DNA of 63,955 nucleotides, filler included, from Octopus bimaculoides (Eukaryota), in assembly GCF_001194135.2 (NCBI RefSeq). It is 7 parts of 7 records of this genome, joined end to end, with 100 filler letters (N's around TTAATTAATTAA, not from the genome) between each part and the next. Parts side by side here need not be neighbours in the genome. Positions count along the whole stretch, not along the records: positions 27,376 to 41,015 come from NC_068985.1; positions 41,116 to 56,890 come from NC_068982.1; 5 more parts are not named here. One strand, written 5' to 3'. Position 1 is the first letter of the stretch, and each line of letters starts with the position of its first letter. The notes under the pieces were generated by a model. The model worked only from the letters and a program-made list of their open reading frames with translations. It did not search any database and was not told where the DNA came from. Shown here piece by piece: positions 38,137-51,000 of the stretch. The translations under genes were made by a program, and so were the position numbers.

Positions 38137-39482
38137 CTTTATAGAATGGAAAATATGTTGAAAAAGAAATAACAATAAAATGCAATGAGGGAAGAGGAGG
38201 AAGCTTATATAAAACAAAATACAACTATAGGTACATAAATATTTGTTGTACAAATCATCAATGCTGGTTAGTTCAGAAAGAAATAAGCAATGGATAATGA
38301 TTCCAAACTATTAATAATCAATATCTAAAGGCATACACTTTCTTAACTAATCAAGCAAATTTATATTTGATGGTGATATACTAACAAGGTCCAATAATGT
38401 GGGAACATATTCAGTTTTCCCCCTTTCACACCAACAAAAATCAATATTACCCTAAACATGTAAATTAATTCAGTTAAAATTTTAGGATTTATCTTTTGAA
38501 ATTATCTTTCCTTTTTCTTGGTTAGTTGTTCACAATTACTGCCAAATTTTTGTTTTCTTTCTTCAACAAAGGGGGAAATTTCAATTAATTACAAATTTTT
38601 CTTGTGTAAGTCAGTTATAACACAATTTATTAATCTAAATTCCTGCTACTGGCCCATTTGAATTATTTCCCTTACCTCGGTGCATTTTTTTTTTTAATTA
38701 TGAAAATTACTACTAACAAAGATCTTTATAATTCTTTTTCAAGTAAAAATGTCAGATCAAGCAGAATGGAGTGACTATGATTCTCTAATAAAGTTCAATA
38801 ATAAAGAAACGTGTCAATAGTTATTCCATTATCTGTTAACAAAGATCAAATTTCCCCTTCAGCCTGTGAATTGATTTGGTGAGATTAATTGTTGATTTCT
38901 TGGAATTATCTCACCATTTTTCTTGCTGAGTCGTTAACAAATGCTGCTGTGCTTTTGTTTCCTTTTACTAATTAAAGTGCAATTTCAACTAACTGTGAAT
39001 TTTTAAGTGTGAGCCATTCAGTATGTTAACCTTTAACTTATCTAAATTTGTAACATTGGCCGATTTAAGACATTTCCCTTCAAAGATTGTATTAATTGTA
39101 CATACCTATACTATCTTTTACTTGTTTCAGTCATTAGATTGTGGCTGTTAGAAATTTTAGTCGAATGAATTCCCCAGCACTTTTTCTTTTTTAAACCTGG
39201 TACTTATTCTATTATTCTCTTTTGCTGAAATGCTAAGTTACAGGAAGTGGGGAACAAAACACAGACACAAATACACAGACAGACAGATATACATATACAA
39301 CACACGTATATCTGCACCACATTTAAACAGTCAAACCTCCATACATGCATATATATATTATGCATACTTATACATGCATATATATATATACACATACATA
39401 TATATATATACACATGCACTTACACATATACATACATATATACGTAAACATACATGTATACACATATCTATGCATACATACA

Positions 39483-40108
39483 CACCATTCATCAACACCT
39501 GCGTGCCATTAGAAAAGTCAGCAAATTAGGTCAATGGGTTCCTCACAAACTTTCTGAGTCTAATTGCACGCAGAGAGTGAATGTGAGCTCTTCTTTGCTG
39601 TCATGTCTCACGAATGAACCGTTTTTGTACCGAATAGTGACTGAATACAAGAAATGGGTTCGTCGTCATCATCATCATCGTTTAATGTCCATCTTCCATG
39701 CATGCATAGGCTACTGTGTCTGTTTTGGCACAGATTTTATGGTTGGATGCCCTTCCTAACACCAGCCACTCCAGAGTAGACTCAGTGCTTTTTACATGAC
39801 ATTAGCACAGGCGAAGTTAGATTTGGCATGATTTTTACTCCTGGATGCTCTTCCAAATGCCAACTAATTTACAGTGTGGACTGAATGCTCTTAAGGTGAC
39901 ACTAGCACTGGCAGGGTAACCAAGTAACTCACAAGACAAGGAATTATGAGAGGAGCAGGGCATTTGAGAAGGAAAACTTGAGTCAGAGGATGAAAGGTTA
40001 GAGTGTGACAAAGAGACAAAAGCGGGTGTCATGCCACAACAGAGAGGGCATTAGAGGAGGTGATCGAGTATCAATGATGAAAGGTTAGAGTCTAACAGAA
40101 ATAGGTGT

Positions 40109-40199
<91 letters not shown>

Positions 40200-40680
40200 C
40201 AAGAAACAAGGCCAGAAACAAATTTCTGATGTAAAGGTGATACTTGGTTACCTAGTCAGAGGAAAAACAGAGGACAAGAAAGAGGATTGAAAAACAATTA
40301 TCAATTTATGAAGAGGAAATGTGAGGAAGAAAAAGATGCAGTTAGAAGAGAAGTTGTAGTTTGATTTCTTAGGGTACAGTGGGTGAGACATAATTCTTCT
40401 AGCACTCAGTTTTGTGAACAAGTCTCCTCTAGGACTTCATATCGCCAAACATCTCAGTCCACTATCATTTCCTCCGTGAGGCTCAACATCCTAAGATCAG
40501 TCCTCGCCACTATGTCAAGCACTGAAGACAGTGGGTAGGGAAAAGAGAAACACCAGCACCCCAGGCTGAAAAAAAGTCTTCACCCATGTAAGATGTTATC
40601 TGTTTGGTGGAATATGAAAGGTTTAGTCCACTTTGAACTTTTAAACCAAAACCACATGATAACAAAGGAGATCTACTGTC
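39483..40680 (+). mobile_element. Mariner transposase fragment split by an antisense RTE 3' end
   Basis: 39483-39660 reads HQHLRAIRKVSKLGQWVPHKLSE...LYRIVTEYKKWV. It resumes at about 40510 with ...RQWVG...MLSVWWNMKGLVHFELL...EIYC. The intervening 39661-~40510 is a minus-strand RTE C-terminus plus 3' UTR with a (gat)n tail and an internal (AG)n. Confidence 0.75.
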
Positions 40681-40915
40681 TCTCAGTCATGACTGGGTTC
40701 TCCTGCTTGTGTGGCATGGTGCAGAGTCCTGTTGCCAGACATAGGGTCTTCCAGCAGCCACCCTCTTGACCCAGGCATTACCTGATGTAGGCCTCCATGT
40801 TGTGCCTGAGGACGTGTGGAAAGATGAATGGAGGCATAACGTCGCCGTCACTAGTGATAACTCCAAATGCCATGATGTTGACTGGATGTTTGATTTTTAT
40901 CACTCTCAGTACATG
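40680..40915 (-). mobile_element. maT/DD37D-type Tc1-mariner transposase fragment
   Basis: Minus strand: KHPVNIMAFGVITSDGDVMPPFIFP...WVKRVAAGRPYVWQQDSAPCHTSRRTQ. Confidence 0.7.
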
Positions 40916-41115
40916 TCCTCAAATTGACACCCAAACACTCTGAAATGTTGGGATTGGAGGTTCCAGTGTGAATTCCAAGCAGTACAGCATGTCATTTCCA
41001 AATTTCTGGTAAATTNNNNNNNNNNNNNNNNNNNNNNNNNNNNNNNNNNNNNNNNNNNNTTAATTAATTAANNNNNNNNNNNNNNNNNNNNNNNNNNNNN
41101 NNNNNNNNNNNNNNN

Positions 41116-41708
41116 GCGCCTCCTGTACTCGATATTTATTTCAAGCGGGAGATAATCCCTGCCACTCCACCGATCTGTATTGGATGTCATTTGGGTGCGA
41201 GAAGCGGATTGAATAAACAAGCTGGAGAAGATGTCTTCCTGGAGTTAAATGGCAGTATCGTCGTCTGACAGAGGACAGCCAGATTACAGTGGCCACAAGC
41301 AATACGTTTTGGTTTGTATAATATTTTCTAAGCAATGTCCGAGTCTCTATTTGCTCTCCAGCAATGTTTGTTCAGACGCATTTTGTGATTTCGGGCTTGT
41401 AACTGATAGTGATAAATATGTAAAGACAATTTACTTAATATTTATTTTTAAGTTATTTCTTTATTTTCTGCAAACAACTTGCACAAAAAGCTACGCGTTT
41501 GCATTATGTTATATATATATACAATAATAATAAAGAACGTTACCGTATATATGTTTACAAACCAAGGACGTTATATAGACCTCCTTCACTGAAGTTAGAG
41601 AAGGAGTGCGTATTATACGCAAAGTTTAGGTTTTCCAGCAGTACAGCCGCCTAAAAATCCCCTGCGTATTATATTCAGGAGCAGACTATAATCGAGCATT
41701 TACGGTAT
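41116..41708 (-). mobile_element. Tc2/pogo-like transposon end remnant
   Basis: The terminus (minus strand) TACCGTAAATGCTCGATTATAGTCTGC resembles Tc2/pogo-type TIRs. A weak IPG..TS.LQ..SI motif lies at about 41220-41270. Confidence 0.4.
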
Positions 41709-41889
41709 GTGTTTTATATTATATTATATTATATTATGTTATATCATATTATATTATATCGTATTATATTATGTTATATTACATTGTATTATCAATATTA
41801 GATTGTATAGTGAACATCGGAATATGTAAGTGTTTAAGATGTTCTGCGATATGTCTTTGGTCCAATCGCTGTAAGTGAACTTGGGTAGA

Positions 41890-42661
41890 AAGAACTGTTT
41901 TGCAACCCCTATGGGCGTTATGTCCGTTTGTCTGTTCCCTCTTCACGGTAAAACGGCTTCAACAATGGTAACGATATTTTTCGGGATTACGGAGGAGGTA
42001 ATCAGGAAGGTTTTAGCGAAGAAAGATGTCAGAAAATATTATTTAGTGGATATATTGAGGATAATCGTTCAGTTTACGGGCGTAAAGAGTAAATAAAAAT
42101 TGAGGGGAAGATAACTAAAATAGGAAGCAAAGGGAGGGGGGTCAACTTCTTACTATAATGGGCGTTGTGTCCGTCTGTGCATCCGTCTGTTAACTTTTCA
42201 CGGTCAAACGGCTACACCAATGGTCACGAAGTTTTTTGGGATTACGAAGGAGCTAATCAGGAAAAATGTGAAAAAGTATGACTATTTAGTGGATATTAAG
42301 TTTTGTATTAATAATTCGCCTTCGACTTTTTTGGTTTGTTAAAATTCCGGCGACGAAGATTAACTCTGGATTTTCCCACCCTCACCCCCACATAGTTCGT
42401 GAATCTAGAGGTTTTAGATTTGCGATACTATCGCTGTAATTCCCATCGTAGATGGGCAGATTCCTAAAGATGCCGCTCGCGCATTCACAGCAAACAAGGC
42501 ACAAAGCCAGACTTTAAATTGTGTAGGTGTAGTTTTACCCACTCCGATGTTTACACACGGCCAGTTATATGTCGACATGAATAGAGTAATGGGCTGTATA
42601 CTGCTGTTATGACTTCCCTTCCTCATTTTATACGTTCATTGTAAATCGACAGATTTGCTAG
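41890..42661 (+). mobile_element. Non-autonomous Helitron-derived element carrying a helicase C-terminal fragment
   Basis: 42472-42588 encodes ARAFTANKAQSQTLNCVGVVLPTPMFTHGQLYVDMNRV (cf. FAMTINKAQGQTL..VG..L..PVFSHGQLYVA.SRV). It ends ...ttgCTAG|T at 42661. Two tandem repeats of a gtccgtttgtctg...aacggct unit lie upstream. Confidence 0.6.
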
Positions 42662-42869
42662 TTGAAATAACTAGCCAAAATTTTTACACTTTTGTCAGGG
42701 ACTCTCTAGCCAAGAATTATATAACATAATGGCAAGTACATGCGTTTGTGTCTTCAGTCAAATCGAACGCTATCTCAATGAGTAGGATATCTATTCGAGT
42801 GATATAATGAAGGTTCATGCACAAAATGATATTTATTTTATCCTTCCTAACTAACAATAATAATACAGA

Positions 42870-43330
42870 TATTATTACCCCCGCCTTTTCTAAAGCGGGG
42901 GTAATTTCTTCAGTCGCGCTTGTTTGCTTGTCTGTCCGTGGACAAGATATCTCAAGAACCGCTGGATGGATTCAGATGAAACTTTCAGGGATGTTTGGCC
43001 TCGTGACATGTACGAGCCGATTAGATTTTGGGATCGATCCTGTTCTGGAGAAGAATTCTGGATTATTTTTTGTTGTATTTACTTTACATGATTACGATCT
43101 TACGTTAACTTTCAAGTCTTTCTCAATTATCTCCCTTTAGGCTGTAACTATTTTGAATGGTGAATTCGTCAACTTTGGCTTGTATTTGATAAGGATAAAC
43201 TATTTATTACTGTTACTAAATTTTCTACAGCAATCTTAACATTCCATGACTACCATTGCCATCGATCAGGTACCGGACAAGTATTCTGGACTATTTTTTC
43301 GTTTTTTTTTTTTACTAAGTGTTTGAGAGC
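42870..43330 (+). mobile_element. DINE-1/Helentron-like non-autonomous element
   Basis: attattacccccgcc...gtttgcttgtctgtccgt...gatatctcaagaaccgctggatggattcagatgaaactt is the typical organisation of these elements. Confidence 0.5.
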
Positions 43331-43492
43331 AGTTGAACTCGTTTTTAGTATTTTCATTTGTGAGAGCATTCGAGTTTATTTCAGATATTCTCAGTTTAAA
43401 AATCAGCTCTGGCTAATCGTTGAGAGGACGTTGGTGTTGCCTTGGCGGAGGTTTGCGCTCTCTGAATTCTCTTGTTGTTATTGTGAAGGCGA

Positions 43493-43935
43493 GGAGCTGG
43501 CAGGATCGTTAGCACGCCGGCTGAAATGCCGCTAAGCACTTCGCCCGCCTTCATGTTTTGAGTTTAAATTACGCGGAGGTCGATTTTGCCTGTCATCCTT
43601 TCGAGGTCAATAAATTATGTACCAATTGAGTACTAAGGTCGATGTGATTGACCTACACTTCCTCACATATTTCAGACCTAGTGCTTTAGTGGAGAGGATT
43701 ATTATCATTATTGTGAAGGCAGCGAGCTGGCAAAACCATTAGCACGCCGGGCGAAATACCGCTAAGCATTTCGCCAGCCTTCACATTCTGAGTTCAAATT
43801 CCACTGAAGTCAACTTTACCTGTCCTCGTTTTGGGGTCGATAAAATAAGTATCAATTAAGCAGTGGGGTCCCTGTAATCGACGTAACCTTCTACCAACAT
43901 TTCAAGCCTTGTGCCTATAGTAGAAAGGATTATTA
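43493..43935 (+). mobile_element. Two tandem copies of tRNA-derived SINE family C
   Basis: gtgaaggcgaggagctggcag..cgttagcacgccgg...gagtttaaat occurs at 43493 and again at 43723. Antiparallel copies lie at about 9900-10115, 52460-52635 and 62105-62265. Confidence 0.7.
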
Positions 43936-44967
43936 TTGTTATTATTAAACGCCTAATGGTATTTCTTCCGACTCATGAAGTACTGAGTTTAAAATGCGAC
44001 GGAGGCGAACTAGGCCTTCATCTGTTCGTGATAAATACAATACGTAAGACTTGAGCAATGGAGTCGTTGGATTTGACTACTCCCTTTCACAAAATTTCTG
44101 GCTTTCAAAGAACTATTATCATTACAATTATTTCTACTACAGACACAAGACCTGAAATTTATATGACTATTACAATTCAGAAACTGATGCATGCTGCAGT
44201 GAATTTAGTAATCGTTTTAAGAAGCCGATGTTTAGATCTATATACATATAAATATATTCATGCACCTCCCCACATACACGCACGCGCGCTCGAACACACA
44301 CACACACACACACACGCACACACACACACACACGCACAAACACAGTCATTTTCTGCTAATTTTATATTATACTATAGCATAGACACACACACACAACGTA
44401 TAGCTGTGAGGAAGCTATAAGATGTCGTACTGACGCTCAACTCAGGTTGCACATTTCCTTACAGCAGAAAGAGCTGTAAGCTAATGAAAGTAATTATATA
44501 AAACCTGTGTTGTTATTCATTTATTGAAATAATATGTGAATATGGATGTATGTACACGTATACATGTAGAACGGTACTTTCAGTGTTCCATATTGTTATG
44601 TTAGAAATAAAGCCGAGTAGTTAATGGAAACACTGCTGAGATATATTAAGGTTTTTTGTGCAACTATGATATGTGTTCGATAACCTTATCTAGAAAATGA
44701 AATTCTAGAAAGAGTTTTATTTTTCTTGAAACTGCGGGGAGTCTTTCAAACCTATTGTATCACATGGAATATGTCTCATTCTTATATGAATGCATTTTAC
44801 TTGTTTGTTACATTCTCTACCTCTTATAATATTGACAAAAAAAAATACAGAACCACAGCAATCAGCGAAATATGCTTCAATAAAGAAAGTATATATATAT
44901 AATGTAAAAATATATTGATGAAACATATTAGCAAATGCCTACGCGCAAACACATGCGTGTGCACATA

Positions 44968-44999
<32 letters not shown>

Positions 45000-45001
45000 C
45001 C

Positions 45002-45288
45002 GGCCATGACGAAGGGAAATAGCCCTGAAACTCGAGTCGCCTTTATATATATATATTTATATTTATATATTTATATATTTGATCCTTTATATTGAACACT
45101 CAATATTTCATCTACATTCAATACTTTATTTCATGGTGCCATCCATTTTTATTTTATTTTATATTATATATTGTATATTCCATATTCTATACCCCACATT
45201 AGTTCTGCAGGAATATAAATAAAACATAAAAAACAGACAGTGTTGGAACTCTTTTAAGCAAAATAATATATTCCTCTATACACAATCA
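45002..45288 (+). repeat. Hammerhead-headed dispersed repeat (copy 2)
   Basis: GGC-C[A]UGACGA-AGGG(aaauag)CCCU-GAA-ACUCGAGU-C-GCC, then the same AT-rich body as 25136-25430; truncated by a gap. Confidence 0.85.
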
Positions 45289-45392
45289 NNNNNNNNNNNN
45301 NNNNNNNNNNNNNNNNNNNNNNNNNNNNNNNNNNNNNNNNNNNNNNNNNNNNNNNNNNNNNNNNNNNNNNNNNNNNNNNNNNNNNNNNNNNN

Positions 45393-45449
<57 letters not shown>

Positions 45450-45453
<4 letters not shown>

Positions 45454-46706
45454 TGAGTAAAAAAGTAACCAACGTTTTCAACCATGGAGAATTTGTACCG
45501 GATTTTTGTAATGTTTTGAATTTCATTAAACATTTTTTGCAATTGTCTGATGATACCGACATAGACTTGACCAAATGCATCAATAAATTATCATTGATAT
45601 TGTTTCCCCCGTTGTTACAATCATCTGAAATTGAACTGTCAAAGCGTGATATTTGAGCAATTTTGCTATTCAGCTTCCAAAAGGACATAAAGCAGCTGAA
45701 ACTGCTCGCGATATCAACGAAAAGTTTGGTGAGGAAATGACCAGTAAGTGGTCAGTTAGAAAATGGTTTCAACAATTTTGTAGAGGAGACCTGAGCCTTG
45801 AAGATCGTGAGCATAGTAGACGTCCATCTGTAATCGATGACGGTCAATTAAAACCGTCATTGAGCAAGATCCACGTAACACCACAAGAGAACTGACAAAA
45901 GGACAAGTTAACCAGAAAACTGCCTGCAACCATTTGCATGCGATCGGAAAATTAAAAGAGCTTGACAAACGGGTGCCTCATGATTTGAATGAAAATCAGA
46001 AAATACGCAGATATTAAATTTACTCGTCACTTCTTCTCCGTAACCAGACCGATCCATTTCTCGACCGTATTGTAACTTGCAATAGAAAGTAAATTTTATA
46101 CAATAATAATTAAAAAAAAACGTTCTTCGAAGTAGTTGGACCAAAATGAAACATCGAATACCTTCCCTAAACCTGAGCTCTTCCAAAATCAGGTTATAGT
46201 GATTGTTTGGTGGTGTACTGCTGGACTCATTGACTATAATTTATTAAAACCCAGAAAAACCATTACCGCAGTAACATTTTGCCATGAAATTACAAAATTG
46301 AACGAAAAACTGCTACTCCTCCGTCCCAGACCAGTCAACAGAAGAGGCCCAATCATTCACTAGTGACACTCCAGAAGTTGAGGGAACTTGGCTACGACGT
46401 TCTTCCTGACCCAACTTATTCCCCAGACCTTTCTCCTACCGACTACCACTTTTTCAAGCAACTTGATGGTTTCCTGCGACAGAAGGAGTTCAAAAATCAA
46501 ACTGATGCTGAAAGTGCCTTCAAATAGTTCATCAGCTCCAGAACTCCAGATGTTTATGTTACCAAAATAAACAAACTTGTAACTCGTTGGCAAAAAGGTG
46601 TTGATTGCAATGGTACTTACTTTGAGGAATAAAATGCCCGCATTGTTGAAATATATGATGATGAATTTCATATTTCAAAACGCTGCTTACATTTTACTCA
46701 GCCTGA
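45450..46706 (+). mobile_element. Full-length decayed mariner (DD34D, SETMAR/Hsmar1-like) with both TIRs
   Basis: TIRs aggttgagtaaaaaagtaaccaacgtttt / aaaacgctgcttacattttactcagcctga-TA. Transposase motifs: KGHKAAETARDIN, RKWFQQF..GDLSLED, RVPHDL, VIVWW, YSPDLSPTDYHFFKQL. Contains stops and frameshifts. Confidence 0.9.
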
Positions 46707-47306
46707 TATATATATATATATATATATATATTGTTTTTTATGTTCAGTTAAAATGAAAAACAAATTTACATTAATGTGATGGGTTACTCTATACTTTTGT
46801 AGAGTACAGATGTACAAGAATGTTGTTGATAGTGACTTCGAAATTTCGGCCAGTTACGCTATTGTCTGACTGCGATGCATTACAGCTAGTCTTGCTTTTA
46901 TGTAGTCTCTGTTCAGTTAAAATCATCTTCGGGTGTATGAGTTTGAGTATGTGCTAATTAGGTTTTTATGATTGGTTGTTATGGAAACGTGCTTTGGAAA
47001 AGTTTCAATTAATTACAGTTGCAATTATATTATTGTTTAAACTTTATTCATGCATGTACAACTGTGTAAACAAGCTTGTATGAGTTTCTCTTTTGTTAGT
47101 TAGGTACATGGTATGACAGTATTTTTGTTGCCTCTGCGGGGTTCACAGGAAGTGTGACGAAATATAAAGCTGAATTAAACACCAAGTATACAGTGCGTGC
47201 GGTTAATTGGAAAACATGACCGTTCCAAATATAACGATATACATACATACATATATACACATACACGCACACAGCGACACACACGCACACACACACACAC
47301 ACACAG

Positions 47307-47340
<34 letters not shown>

Positions 47341-47526
47341 TTATGTATATATTAATATTATCTCAGTTTAAAAACAAACCTTGACAATGTAATAGTTAAT
47401 AGTTACCATGGGTAGCAAAAACCACACAAAAAACGGGATACCACACCCGTTTTATAGGTAGACATACCAAGTTAAAGCGATGCATTTTGAGTAGATATGA
47501 ATAATTACAATAAATGGAGCAAAAGG

Positions 47527-47845
47527 CATATGTTTCAAAATATATGTGCACGCTACTCCAAAGAAGGAAGAGCTGCTGGAATTGCACATATATTCATCGC
47601 CAGGGAACCAACATATAGAAGCAAGACAATTTCGAAATGATAAGGTAACTTACAAGTTATAATATGATATTATATTATAATATTATAACTCGTAAGTTAT
47701 ATTATTATATTATAAATTGTAAGTTACCTTATCATTTCGCATTTGTCTTGCTTCTATATGTTGGTTCGCTGACGATGAATATATGTACAATTCCAGCAGC
47801 TCTTACTTTTTTGGAGTAGTGTGCACGTATATTTTGAAACATATG
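47527..47845. mobile_element. Palindromic MITE/foldback element, ~130-bp arms
   Basis: catatgtttcaaaata...gataaggtaacttacaa (47527-~47656) is the reverse complement of ttgtaagttaccttatc...tattttgaaacatatg (~47717-47845) with few mismatches; AT-rich loop. Confidence 0.8.
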
Positions 47846-47922
47846 TAGGAATTAAAGGAACTTTTATTTATATGCGTTTTTCTCCATTTATTGCTATTAT
47901 TCATATATATATATATGTATTA

Positions 47923-48012
<90 letters not shown>

Positions 48013-51000
48013 TGTGCAATAATACATGAACCACTACAGGCATACATCTACTGTCAAACAACCATTCGCAGCGAAAATGGAATATTATTCTAGTCACCTA
48101 CCCTTTCGTGTAAATCTAAATAAATTTCGATCCTACCAAAATATCTGAAAATTTCTCCTGTCGGCTATTACAAACATAAATTACTTGGACATATTCAGCT
48201 AAAGTTAAACCATCCAATGTTAGGCAAGTTAAGCAGCTTCAACAGACATCTCTCGATTGTTTGAAAAATAGCTGTCACAGAAAGTGGCTTGTATTTCTAA
48301 ATTCTGTAAATTCAAACTATTTCAAAAGACTGTGAGTAGCTGCCGTTGAAGAGAAACAAACATGTTATTTACTACTATCATATCCACCACCATCTCTCAT
48401 TTCACATATATTTCCATATATAACTAATGCGACAGACATTCCCGCAGAGTATATAAAGCAGGAATATAGTCTGAAACGGTAGTTTGAGGTGACTGTAAAA
48501 TGTTTGTAAACTATCTTTAGACAGCACAGTTTTTGACAACAGACTTAAGTCGACGACTGTCTTGCTAGAGGCTGTATGAAAGCATAAGATAACAATTATT
48601 GGACAAACACTCAGTATACAATTGCTACCGGCCCAACAAAACATGTATGTGGTGATTGTTGTCCATTTGATAATTAAATTTCTCGTTGATATTTAGCCAG
48701 AAAAATTACAAAACTATTGGAAAATGTCATCAACTTGTTCTGCGGAATCGAATATTTGGATTACATCAAAAGTCGTGAAGGAACAATAAGCCCACCAGAC
48801 AACAAACACAAGCTGAATACATAAGTGTTTGAAATGTACGAAGATTCTGCACACTAAATTCTTGAGGTCATTTTAATAATTCTATAACATGTACTCAAGA
48901 TATTGAGTAAGAATTTGTTACGGAAAACGATTACTGCAACGAATGAAAAATTAATTAACTACAAGTTTGCCTGAAACTAATAAGGCGTATCCTAGACAAA
49001 GCAAAATTACCTTAAATATGTAAAGAAACTCTCCTTAAGAAATTCTTTTGGTCTGAAAGTTAATAAAGATTTCAAATATAATGAATCGTGGTTAAATAAA
49101 ATCACAAAGAAATACTTCACCGATCATGAGTTAAACATAAACCTTATTATGTAAATGTTGAATTGTCTTTAAATCTGTTGCAAAGCTGCGTCCTTTCTAA
49201 TTTAAAACTGTTTCAGTCTTTCATTTATATTCATATTTTAATAAAACTTTATAATAAATTCTGTGTGCGATTTCCTTTTTCGCTCTCCAGTAAAGCTCTG
49301 ACTTTTCTTTTTGCTTTGTTTGAAGTCTTGTTTCATTTCACTTTCCCGTCCCAATTCGTTGAATTGTTCCTCTTTGATCTCCTCCGATTCTTCTGTTACT
49401 GCCTCTTTCTTATTTTTCTTTTCTTTCTGTACATTTTCTCTTAATGGATTTTACTTAGATACTTTCAAATATATATTGGGCTGTGACTGCTCTTTTTCTT
49501 CCGATCTTTTTACTTTTAACTTCCCCATGCCTTATTTATTTCCTTGAACTTTACCTTTTCATTCTGCCTGGGCAAATTAACTAGCTCTGTCTAGATTTCT
49601 TCTCTAATTCTCACTTCAGTTTTCTTTCTCATTCGAAGGTAAAGGGCAAAGATCAAACACGTAACATTCTTGATTCTTCACTGCAATTAAAATTATCAAA
49701 TTTTCTTATGGTCTAAATTTGTCGAAACACATTTCCAGGTTCCTTGGATTATACACATCCATAAAAGCTCTCAGCCGTGTTAATTCTTCTGACCAAAAAG
49801 ATCCAGTTTCTTTCAAACTTGCTATTTATATAATGATAATCCTTATAATTTACCTCTTGATTATGTAGTTTGTACATGCCATCCTCGCGAGTCACACTAC
49901 AACTTATGTCCTCCACCCTTTAGACTCTTTCTTTCATGCGCACACTCGTTATCGACATCCTAGTCTATTGACAACTAGGTTGACTTGTTTTATCAAGTAA
50001 AAACAAGTCATAATGTCTAGGTAGTACTTCGGTTTTGCAACATGGTTTAGAAACATAAGAGCCCTTACTAAATACATCTACGTCTTCCACTCATTTGTGT
50101 ATTCAGTGATAATGATGCGGTCTTCCATTTGATTCAACTTCAAGTTTGTTCTTATTTAACGCCCTTTTGGTTCAAGACTAAAATTCATCCTCCTGTATAT
50201 TCGTCTCACATTGATGATGTTGCATCACTATTTTCGCGCAGAAATAAAGATATTCGGGTGTTGGTTACACTGCTTAAATAGACTGAAAAAGATAATATAC
50301 ATATCACCGGAATATACTCTAACACTGCATAGACACCACACTTATGTCACTTAGACGACGTCATTCGAATTCCAATTTGATGTCTGAGTAGAAAAGGAAG
50401 TACACAAACCTCAAAAACAATCGCTACTTCGGTAATTCCATTTTGGCTAATATGTTCCATATTACCTTCTAGCTTGGCCATGTGCAGTGGATACCTAACT
50501 CTTTCTCTTGTCTGCCGATTATCTTTACTCGGGCCAATCTTTCTTGTGACAATATCCTGAGCCTGTCCTTGTTCTGCTGGTGGAATATTTTTTTGTTTGG
50601 TATCCAACTCATTTCAATTCATATATATTCTCTATAATAACAATTAATTTGTCATTTTCAGCTGTGCTCAACAAATGAACTCAGCAGTATTCTACACGTT
50701 TTGTGTTCTTTCTGCCAACGCTATTATTTATGTAACACAAACAGTAGACTCTTCAGAATCGGAAAGTGTTAAGTAGAAGCGGGTCTTAACTTTTTTTTTT
50801 TAAATCCTCTGCCACTATCGTTAGTGGCTGTTGCAATTTTTCAAAAACTATACATCCCAATTCTCATGAAACATAGAGAAAGATCAAAAACGGAAGTGCG
50901 AATAAAAACAAAATTAGTCAGTCGTTAATATTTTACTTTTTCTGATAACTCAGGACATGCTTTGATTATATTGTAATCTCATTAGGATGCTCAATCATCC

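Noticed and set aside
45653-46570. Functional SETMAR-like host gene
   Set aside because: It has TIRs, a TA flank, stops and frameshifts, and no SET domain: a dead mariner.
46971-46988. ATTGG plus X-box-like GTTGTTATGGAAAC
   Set aside because: A two-mismatch 14-mer is expected by chance in 64 kb, and no linked exon or gene start was found.
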